Shown here: one piece after another, positions 1 through 10,308 of the stretch
Layout: each line of letters begins with the position of its first letter
Position numbering within the stretch: position 1 is the stretch's first letter
DNA from: Bugula neritina
Taxonomy: Eukaryota; Animalia; Bryozoa
DNA: 64,000 nucleotides
Assembly (NCBI GenBank): GCA_964035545.1
Contig: OZ037771.1
Coordinates: 15,749,510-15,813,509 of the forward strand
Direction: 5' to 3'
Position numbers and translations under genes: made by a program
Notes under the pieces: model-generated
The model's database searches: none
What the model was told of the DNA's origin: nothing
The model's input: only the letters and a program-made list of their open reading frames with translations

Positions 1-178
1 CCATGAGAACTTGCTGTCGCTGGTTTATCGTGCAGAAAATAAAAACTGCCGAAGACTATTCGGCTATAACAATTTCTCAATGAAACAGACTGTCCTATGA
101 AATACTTACGAACACCATTAATTTCCTTAATTAGATAAAATGTCTCCATCAAAATAAACGAGTTTTGAAAAGCACAAA

Positions 179-3100
179 ATGTCCTTTTGTCTAGATTGTT
201 GTTTTCGAACAGCAAGATGGTTTCCTGTAGTTTTTATAGTCGCTGTAATATGCTGGTCTTATTATGCATACGTTGTGGAACTGCTCGTTAGTAAGTTGAA
301 CAATTGAAATAGTATAACTATAAGTATAGGTATTACTATTACTATTAGTAATAGTAATACTAATACTAATAGTAATAGTATTACTATTAGTTACTATTAG
401 TATTACTATTAGTATTGGCATTGCTGCAATACTAATACTAATAGTAATACTATTACTATTAATATTAGTATTACTAATAATAACATACTATTACTATTAG
501 TGTTATACTTGGTAATAATAATTAATTATTAATAGTAAATAGTTATACCTGTAATTATTAGTTAATATAACTAGTATAAGTATACGTATTATTTTTGGTT
601 AAACTTTTACTAATTACTTATACTTATAGTTATTGTCACTGCAACTAATAGTAATACTAGCAGTAAGTTATTTATTCACTAGTTAGTAGTTAGTGTTAGT
701 AATGGTAGTACTTAATTTTATTAATTATTATATTTTAATTTTTATATTCATAATCATAACCATGATCATATTCATAATCATAATGTTTATTTAATATACT
801 TCACTATCAGTATCACTATGATTTAGTAACTCTTAGATTATCAGTATATCACTATTACCATTGGCATGGCTAACAGTAACCTTAAATTAAGGTAATACTA
901 ACTAATACTAATAGCTCCATTTTACTTTGTGATTTACAGTAGCAAATAAGTAATTTAGTAATACCTGTTTACTGATTATCATATTCATATTGAATTTAAT
1001 GATCACTGATCATCATTATAACTTAATATTATAACTATGGGTATGGCTATCAGCATCATAATGATAATGGCAGTATCAGTTGATGATAATACTTGTACTC
1101 ATACTGACCGATGAGTCTCATCCTATTAATTATCTCGTATTCGGAATCAAAATAAGTATATTGTATTTATGTTGTACACAATATTATTTATTTTTTAGAA
1201 ACAATACCAGCTGAGAACATATCTGAGAAAGGTGGGTCTAAAGCTGCAGTAACAACTTGCTGCTTTATATTTTTCAATGCAGCCTTTTAGTAGTATAATA
1301 TGCCATGAAAGTTAAGAGAGTTGTGAGGATTGCTATCATTCTGTTACAGTTATCCTTGGCGTACTCTACCACCCTGTGCTGTTTATGTTCTTGTGGGCTT
1401 ACTATAAAATAGTTTATACAGAACCCAAACCTCCTCCGCGCCAGGTCAGTATTTCATCTTTCGCCAACTGTCTTACTTCACTAGTAGTATCTAGTAATAT
1501 GTAGTACTAACTAGTAATATATAGTACTAGCTAGTAGTATATAGTAATAACTAGTAGTATATAGTACCAACTAGTAATATATAGTACTAACTAGTAGTAT
1601 ATAGTACTAACTAATGATATATATTACTAACTAGTAAGATATAGTAATATATCTTAGGTCATATTTTCCTGTTGACTTTAGAGTGCTGGTTGATTAACAT
1701 GGTAATATTTTCTCAGTTCTATTTGACTCCTGAGCAACAAAGAGCTCTGGAGGAAGCTGAGCGAAATGGTGATAGAGAAAGGGGAGTACAACTCCTAGAA
1801 AAATATATTGAATCTCTACCTGTGATAACTCGCACACACAACCAAGGTAAGTCACCTATACTCAGTATAACGGAGGAATAACTCTCACATTTACTCGGTA
1901 TGCAGGAGAGATAACTCTCCCATACACTCATTATACAGGAGAGATAACTGTTAAAAGTGTCATATGCTGTAGACTTGTATTAGAAAGTTAGAAATACCCT
2001 CATAGCAGCACTAGATATGTTATTGTATGCAATATATTTCAGGTGTTCGATATTGCCATATATGCCAATGCATCAAACCTGACCGGGCCCACCATTGTTC
2101 AGTATGTCGCATGTAAGTATGTCATATGTATGTAAGTATTCAATACTTACATAATATTTACTATTCAATACTTACATAGTATTTACTATTCTATACTTAC
2201 ATAGTATTTACTATTCTATACTTACATAGTATTTACTATTCTATACTTACATAGTATTTACTATTCTATACTTACATAGTATTTACTATTCTATACTTAC
2301 ATAATATTTACTATTCTATACTTACATAGTATTTACTATTCTGTACCTACATAGTATTTACTATTCTATACTTACATAATGTGTTTACTTACTTTTTGTC
2401 AGGTGTGTGCTGAAGATGGACCACCACTGTCCCTGGTAAGATTTGTTAGATTATTATAGCTTCTTGTGCTGCCTTCAGCATGCCCTTGTCTATCCCGCTG
2501 ACTATACAATAGCTGTCATACATGATGCTGACTATACAATAGCTGTCATACATGATGCTGACTATACAGTAGCTGTCATACATGATGCTGACTATACAAT
2601 AGCTGTCATACATGATGCTGACTATACAATAGCTGTCATACATGATGCTGACTATACAATAGCTGTCATACATGATGCTGACTATACAATAGCTGTCATA
2701 CATGGTGCTGACTATACAATAGCTGTCATACATGATGCTGACTATACAATAGCTGTCATACATCAGATGCTGACTATACAATAGCTGTCATACATGATGC
2801 TGACTATACAATAGCTGTCATACATCAGATGCTCATGCTGTTTGTTTCAGGGTGAACAACTGTGTCAGCTTCATCAACTACAAGTTCTTCATTCTCTTCT
2901 TACTGTACGCTGAGATCTACTGCTTGTTTGTAGCCTTCACTGACATCAAATACTTCATACAGATGTGGACGGTACGTCAAGTACACCTTCCCCGTATTAC
3001 TAACATCTCTGCATCTAATAGATCTATGACCATGTTCTATTTATAGAGTATATCTGCATCTAATAGATCTATGACCATGTTCTATTTATAGAGTATATCT

Positions 3101-4277
3101 GCATCTAATAGATCTATGACTATGTTCTATTTATAGAGTATATCTGACGTTGGACCGAGCATGAACTTTCATATTCTCTTTCTGTTTATTGTGGCCATCA
3201 TGTTCTCTCTGTCTGTGTTGGGGTTGCTGGGATACCATATCTACCTCGTGTTTAGGAATCAGAGTACACTGGGTACGTTTGAGTTTGTTATTTAGCTAGT
3301 ACTCACTATAGTATAGTACTCACTGTTGTACTCACTATAGTATAGTACTCACTGTTTGGTACTCACTATAGTATAGTACTCACTGTTGGTACTATGTCCT
3401 TTTATTGTATTTCCAGAGTCCTTTCGACCTCCCATATTTATGAATTCCGGTCCCGATAAGCATGGCTATAATCTTGGAAGAGACAACAACTGGAGAGAGG
3501 TGTTTGGAGACAACTCCAACACGTGGTTCCTTCCTGTGAGAAGTTGGTGAGATTTGTCTTCTCTCTGTAGTCTGTTTCTACACACATTACTCTACACACA
3601 TTACTCTACACACATTACTCTACACACATTACTCTACACGCATTACTCTACACACATTACTCTACACACATTACTCTACACACATTACTCTACACACATT
3701 ACTCTACACGCATTACTCTACACGCATTACTCTACACGCATTACTCTACACGCATTACTCTACACACATTACTCTACACACATTACTCTACACACATTAC
3801 TCTACACACATTACTCTACACACATTACTCTACACACATTACTCTACACACATTACTCTACACACATTACTCTACACACATTACTCTACACACATTACTC
3901 TACACACATTACTATACACACATTACTCTACACACATTACTATACACACATTACTCTACACACATTACTCTACACACATTACTCTACACACATTACTATA
4001 CACATTACTCTACACACATTATTCTACATCACTTCAACCAAATGTATTTGTATTTTATAGTAAAGGTGATGGAGTGACTTTCCCTACTAGGTTTAATTTG
4101 GTCTCAAATCATGGATACAGTTCAATGGAGAATGGTCAGTCAATGTGAGTATAGGGACTAGCAGCATGTTTGGTGTCTGCATTATCTACTAGTTGAAACT
4201 TTACCCCCTTCAGCTCTCACTTTATCCACTCTCTGTTTACAGGTCTACCCAGGAATGGTGATGCTCCGTCAGTCTAG
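179..4277 (+). CDS. ZDHHC2: DHHC-type protein S-acyltransferase (palmitoyltransferase), ZDHHC2/15/20 subfamily, multi-exon
   Basis: Phase-consistent GT-AG exons: 179-290 ([37 protein letters not shown]), 1199-1231, 1350-1444 ([26 protein letters not shown]), 1717-1846, 2043-2112 ([20 protein letters not shown]), 2403-2435 ([11 protein letters not shown]), 2851-2971 ([17 protein letters not shown]), 3137-3272 ([14 protein letters not shown]), 3417-3546 ([19 protein letters not shown]), 4061-4144 (GDGVTFP), then a short terminal exon from 4243 (stop at 4261 or 4277 depending on donor). The symbol denotes the subfamily; ZDHHC2, 15 and 20 cannot be distinguished here. Confidence 0.95.
1483..1640. 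repeat. 20-bp intronic minisatellite (ACTAGTAGTATATAGTACTA)
   Basis: About 8 copies in ZDHHC intron 3. Confidence 0.9.
2140..2380. repeat. 25-bp intronic minisatellite (ATTTACTATTCTATACTTACATAGT)
   Basis: About 9-10 copies in ZDHHC intron 5. Confidence 0.95.
2497..2835. repeat. 30-bp intronic minisatellite (GCTGACTATACAATAGCTGTCATACATGAT)
   Basis: About 11 copies in ZDHHC intron 6. Confidence 0.95.
3008..3146. repeat. 45-bp triplication spanning a 3' splice site
   Basis: TTCTATTTATAG|AGTATATCTG occurs three times, with the AG ending at 3046, 3091 and 3136. Confidence 0.92.
3296..3392. repeat. ~30-bp intronic tandem repeat (GTACTCACTATAGTATAGTACTCACTGTTG)
   Basis: Three copies in ZDHHC intron 8. 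Confidence 0.85.
3577..4022. repeat. 14-bp intronic minisatellite (CACACATTACTCTA)
   Basis: About 31 copies in ZDHHC intron 9. Confidence 0.95.
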
Positions 4278-4282
4278 CTTGT

Positions 4283-4642
4283 CACTCTCTCTAACTCATG
4301 CACCTAGTGACTCTCTCTAACTCATGCACCTAGTGACTTCTCTCTCTCTAACTCATGCACCTAGTCACTCTCTCTCTCTAACTCATGCACCTGGTGACTT
4401 CTCTCTAACTCATGCACCTAGTGACTTCACTCTAACTCATGCACCTAGTGACTTCACTCTAACTCATGCACCTGGTGACTTCACTCTAACTCATGCACCT
4501 AGCTTGTCACTCTCTCTAACTCATGCACCTAGTGACTTCACTCTACAGTGACCTGCTTTACTGTACATCACGCTACAGTGACCTACTTTACTGTGCGTCA
4601 CGCTACACTGACCTACTTTACTGTGCGTCACTCTACACTGAC
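4283..4642. repeat. Adjacent ~27-bp (CTCTAACTCATGCACCTAGTGACTTCA) and 30-bp minisatellites
   Basis: Immediately after the short-isoform stop (3' UTR or intron). Confidence 0.88.
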
Positions 4643-5426
4643 CTACTTTACTGTACGTCATTTTGTATTAACCATTAAAGTGCTGTGCAAGACATGGATA
4701 CCTTACTGTTGGAAGTTGTTCACCCACTTTATTGAAAGTGTAGACAACTTCAAGCTGGCTTCGGGGAGTTCTTTTATAATTGAAATGTAAGCTGCAATAT
4801 CATGATTGCAGGGTAGCTTTACACACAGCCTATCTATCAATTCATCTATGGAACCAAATATAACCTTATGTAGTCTCTTTTTAGCAATGCTGGCGTCAAA
4901 TTCATTTTCCTATTTTTGAAAATTTTATTTTTATTGATATGTAAATCATTTATAACTATACATTCTGTAGAATCCTTATTTTCAGCTGTTATTCTATAAT
5001 AAACCTGTGTTGTATCTGCTGTATGCAAATGTCTGATACATTGGATTATAATGTTACTTATTCATACAGTTATACCTGTTCTACTCACTATTATACACTG
5101 AAATGTACTGCCTTTATTCTAGATTAGCCAATCAATATCTCCTTTCATTTCTCTTGTATCATATGTTTAAATGTTATTAGATAAATAGGAATTGAAAGCA
5201 TGATTTATTTCCAATACTGCCCACGTGACTTTAATATTTACATTACACTCGAAACGAGCTGGTCTATTCAGCTGCTAACCAATTGTAGGCATTGTTATGA
5301 GCTCACAATAATATGACCTGCTTGTCGCCTATTCAGTTGTATTGAGTAAGCTCTTGCCACTATCACTCACAGTCCATGTCACTGCATATCACTGCCTGCC
5401 TGCTCTCTAGAGTTGTATCAGTTTAT

Positions 5427-5597
5427 CACTAGCACTTTCAGTACCAACAGTAGTAGATCACTAGCACTTTCAGTACCAACAGTAGTAGATCACTAGCACT
5501 TTCAGTACCAACAGTAGTGGATCACTAGCACTTTCAGTACCAACAGTAGTGGATCACTAGCACTTTCAGTACCAACAGTAGTAGATCACTAGCACAC
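5427..5597. repeat. 32-bp minisatellite (CACTAGCACTTTCAGTACCAACAGTAGTAGAT)
   Basis: About 5 copies. Confidence 0.92.
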
Positions 5598-5699
5598 TCA
5601 GTTCCTGAAGACGCAGTAGCCTCTGCAATGACCGACTGAGGAGAACAGTTAGTCTACACTCAACAGGATACTTCAAACTCTACCATAATAGGTGAGCTT

Positions 5700-6308
5700 A
5701 TACTCTACACCTAAGTGTATCACTCCATCCCTCAGTGTATCACTCTACACCTCAGTGTATCACTACACACTGTATACTCTACACCTCAGTGTATCACTAC
5801 ACACTGCATACTCTACACCTCAGTATATCACTACACACTCTATACTCTACACCTCAGTGTATCACTACACACCTCAGTGTATCACTACACACTGTATACT
5901 ACACACCTCAGTGTATCACTACACATCTCAGTGTATCACTACACACTGCATACTCTACACCTCAGTATATCACTACACACCTCAGTATATCACTACACAC
6001 TCTATACTCTACACCTCAGTGTATCACTCTACACCTCAGTGTATCACTACACACTGTATACTCTACACCTCAGTATATCACTACACACTCTATACTCTAC
6101 ACCTCAGTGTATCACTACACACTCTATACTCTACACCTCAGTATATCACTACACACTCTATACTCTACACCTCAGTGTATCACTACACACTCTATACTCT
6201 ACACCTCAGTATATCACTACACACTCTATACTCTACACCTCAGTGTATCACTACACACTGTATACTCTACACCTCAGTATATCACTACACACCTCAGTAT
6301 ATCACTAC
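5700..6308. repeat. Compound minisatellite (TATACTCTACACCTCAGTGTATCACTACACACTC and shorter variants)
   Basis: Fills an apparent GT-AG intron at 5692-6310. Confidence 0.92.
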
Positions 6309-6310
6309 AG

Positions 6311-7233
6311 GAGACAGAAGAGATGAACCAATCAGTGATAGAGGAAGAAGAGGAACTGGGAATATATTCGGATAAAGATGAAAGTGGGGGAGACTTGAGT
6401 GACGATGAGCCACCAATCACAGAGCAGGACATGTCTGGTAGACCACAATCTCAGGTATGATACCATAGTCTGAGATATAACATAGACACTATAGTCTGAG
6501 ATATAACATAGACACTATAGTCTGAGATATAACATAGACACTATAGTCTGAGATATAACATAGACACTATAGTCTGAGATATAACATAAACACTATAGTC
6601 TGAGATATAACATAGACACTATAGTCTGAGATATAACATAGACACTATAGTCTGAGATATAACATAGACACTATAGTCTGAGATATAACATAGACACTAT
6701 AGTCTGAGATATAACATAGACACTATAGTTTGAGATATAACATAGACACTATAGTCTGAGATATAACATAGACACTATAGTCTGAGATATAACATAGACA
6801 CTATAGTCTGAGATGATTTAGTTGAAAGTTTTGGTTTCTATTGTAGTTCAAACTGAGGGTGACTAGTGCACTTTCTCATAGTCATCACTTGGAAAATCAC
6901 TTGGACAACCACTTGGACCACCACAGAGACAACCAGAGAGACAACCACTTGGACCACCAGAGAGACAACCACTTGGACCACCAGAGAGACAACCACTTGG
7001 ACCACCAGAGAGACAACCACTTGGACCACCAGAGAGACAACCACAGAGACAACCACCGAGACAATGCGAAACTGCCGGTATTTGCAACAGATAGTTCCTT
7101 AACAGAAGAGCAGTTGGATGACCTTGACATAAACAGTGAACAGACAGACATAAATATGCATCCAGTCCACCAAATGCATAGAAACTTAGTGAACGGAGAG
7201 CGAAAGAGCTGCATATCAAAGGAACAAGTCTGA
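6311..7233 (+). CDS. Probable alternative 3' exons of the ZDHHC gene (acidic exon plus His/Asp-repeat terminal exon)
   Basis: cag|6311-6454 (ETEEMNQSVIEEEEELGIYSDKDESGGDLSDDEPPITEQDMSGRPQSQ)|gt joins in phase 0 to tag|6847-7233 (FKLRVTSALSHSHHLENHLDNHLDHHRDN...KEQV*). AATAAA lies near 7873. The upstream junction (possible exon ~5600-5691) is unresolved. Confidence 0.55.
6465..6814. repeat. 26-bp intronic minisatellite (ATAGTCTGAGATATAACATAGACACT)
   Basis: About 13 copies. Confidence 0.95.
6890..7063 (+). repeat. 24-bp coding repeat (RDNHLDHQ)
   Basis: In-frame 8-aa unit within the putative terminal exon. Confidence 0.85.
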
Positions 7234-7280
7234 AGTTCTCATGAGCATGAGCTCTCAGTACTTCCTAATCCTGTCACTCT

Positions 7281-7730
7281 CTAACTGGTACTGTGACTTT
7301 CTAACTGGTACTGTGACTTTCTCACTGATACTGTGACTTTTTAACTGATACTGTGACTTTCTCACTGATACTGTGACTTTCTAACTGATACTGTGACTTT
7401 CTCACTGATACTGTGACTTTCTAACTGGTACTGTGACTTTCTAACTGGTACTGTGACTTTCTAACTGATATTGTCACATTCTCACTGATACTGTGACTTT
7501 CTAACTGATACTGTGACTTTCTCACTGATACTGTGACTTTCTAACTGATACTGTGACTTTCTAACTGGTACTGTGACTTTCTAACTGGTACTGTGACTTT
7601 CTCACTGATACTGTGACTTTCTAACTGATACTGTGACTTTCTAACTGGTACTGTGACTTTCTAACTGATACTGTGACTTTCTAACTGGTACTGTGACTTT
7701 CTAACTGGTACTGTGACTTTCTAACTGATA
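7281..7730. repeat. 20-bp minisatellite (CTAACTGATACTGTGACTTT) in putative 3' UTR
   Basis: About 22 copies. Confidence 0.95.
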
Positions 7731-9829
7731 GCGTACTGTCACCACAGTACGTGTAACTGCTAGTTTATAAGTAGCCTAATCTACCAGCTCTAGCAGATGA
7801 ACTGTTCTCAGGAATTGCCTCAAATTTAGGACTTATAAGGCTTTTATTCATTTTGTTGAAGTTATTCTAATTAATAAAAATAGCAATTAGTTTTATGCTG
7901 TTATGTGTATTTATTTATCAAAATTTTGCTTTATGTTTATTACGTGACTACCAACAATAAAAATAAATTAATTTGCATTATATTAGTATTGCAGCGTATT
8001 ATTAACTTTACAACTTTTGCTTGGGTCTTCAAGTTCATGGCTCTGTTTGAAGCATTTTAATATTAATTTTTAGTTTAAAATGCTTTATAACTTTGCTAAA
8101 ATGTCCATGTTTAGCTTGATATTCTACAAGTGAGTATTTGAACATTTTTGTGAGCTTGAATGAAAAAATATATTTAATAATGTAACATAAGAGATTGGTA
8201 GGTTTAGTATTACTATTAGTATTAGTATTATGTCATCATTATGTGAACAAGGTATATCATACGAGAGTGTAATATTCAGCCTAATAACTGATAATTTTGT
8301 TTAATGTCTTTGTCTAGATGATAGGCCAACGTAACACTCCTCCATCCAGTAGTATATGCATACATTCACAATGTTCACAAAAATTTTTTTGTGGCACAGT
8401 GTATATATATATATATATATATATATATGAATTTATATTGAATATACTTGCATGCAGTAAACTAATAAACACGACAGGGCAGTAACAGCAGTACCACTGC
8501 TATATTTCTATGAGGAGTTGTCGTCTTAGTAACTCGGCACGAAGCTGTTTTACCAGAGTTTTATCGAGCTCTGATATATCTGTTGTAAACAGCGTGTAGT
8601 TTGTTTCCGGGTCGCCTGCTAAACCGTATACTCTTAGCTCTCGACTCCAAGGTTTGTAGTCGTGCTACTCTACCTAGGCTTCTTTTCTAGCACTTAAAAA
8701 GTATAAGTACTTGTCATTTTTGTTAAGCGCTTGTAGTAGCTATAAATCAGTACCAGTATGAACACATTCAAAGTTCTCAATCATACTTCAAGTTTAATTT
8801 TGCACTTGCCCTTACTACGTCTACTGTCAGTATCTCTGACACTCACACTGACAGTGACTGAGCTGATGGGAAATTATATTTTATTTTATATATTATATTT
8901 ATTCTGAAATAAAGTTTTGAATTGAAAATGACGCCGATTTATAGTCAGTGTGAGTGTCAGAATATGACTGGGATTTAGTGAATATTACACAATTCACTAG
9001 TTGTGTCATCATTATCATTATGATGATGCTGTTCAAATGCAAATTTCTTAATAATAACAATAAATTATAAATATAATATTATAGTTATTGATTTTAAATA
9101 AAGACTAAGTTGAGATAAGTTTTTTGAGTTATAATCTATGTCATAAGGATAATGCATACGTTTTAATTACAACTTGATACTATATTTATTGATAATACCT
9201 ATTTATCAGTTCATTTACTCTTGTTCATATTCATACTATAATACCTTCATTATTGTCTTGGTTATCAGTAATGCTATTGCTTGTATTTAATTTTATGCCA
9301 AAAGTAAATATCTTAGTTATAATAGCTATCTTTATAAATATAATGTAAATAGAAGATTAAATAATTATAATACTAGTAATATTTGCTATATTAGTAAATT
9401 TCAAATAATTTAAGCAATTATTATTACATTGACAATGATCAACTAGTTGCATAATGATAATCATAATAGCTTTTATAAGTATGATATTAAGAATACTATT
9501 CAAAGAAAGAGTGCATAGTCATAGTGACTGTCAGTAGTTATTTGCTTATAATTGCTATAAGCTAAATTAAGTTAAAAGAAGCTGAAGTGAAAATGCGCAT
9601 AAGATGAATGCATAAATTTATGAATTAGCATAGGTATCAATTATATGCTTACTCTAATAAACCAAATTTAGAATGAATTTAACTGATGTTAAACTTATAG
9701 ATGACTATACCTATTTCTTCCATGCCACAAAAACCAATGATTTTTTGAACTGAAATTAAAAACTAGCTTTGACTTACTTTAACTTTGACTTACTATTATT
9801 AACATTAATTATAATCAATAGCTTACTTC

Positions 9830-10157
9830 TGAAACATTAAGTATAGTGAGTATATAATTACCTGAGAGTTACTCGAAGTATGTAGGCATGACATTGAAGT
9901 ATCGAAAGAACAATAAAGTGGGGTCTGGCCGGCCAGGGGAAATACAAAGACCAAAAGTATAGTACTGATTTATAATTATTTTATCACAAAGTCTATCGGC
10001 GTGTTTATCTACTGTAGGCTGACATCTTTTATCTCGTAGTCTCTCGTTCGTCCTTGACCCAATATGTATTTTAATAAACAAATGCACATGACATTATAAC
10101 GTAGCATCTCGCTAGTCCGTAATTAGTGACAAACAAAAGACACATAATAATATAACA
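9830..10157 (-). repeat. 3' LTR
   Basis: TG...CA, 328 bp, appears identical to 14344-14671, adjacent to the PPT. Confidence 0.95.
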
Positions 10158-10168
10158 TCTCCCTTCTT
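10158..10168 (-). other. Polypurine tract (AAGAAGGGAGA)
   Basis: Purine run immediately upstream of the 3' LTR on the - strand. Confidence 0.85.
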
Positions 10169-10308
10169 AAGCAGGTGACTTCCTTCTATAACATTGTGAT
10201 TAAGGTGGCTGAGATTAATAATATGATACGAGTATACATGATTAATATGGATTGGGGATTAACAATGAAACTAAATAACTATGTACAGGGTGGGAAACGG
10301 CTAATAGC

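Noticed and set aside
2443-6460. Repetitive ORFs (e.g. [30 protein letters not shown]) and similar ones at 16845-17354, 20640-21245, 24811-25250 and 26095-26694
   Set aside because: They are by-products of stop-free frames in intronic minisatellites. The real exons are the short unique segments.
9869-10087. Identical 72-aa ORFs here and at 14383-14601
   Set aside because: They lie within the two LTRs. They are useful only as evidence of LTR identity.
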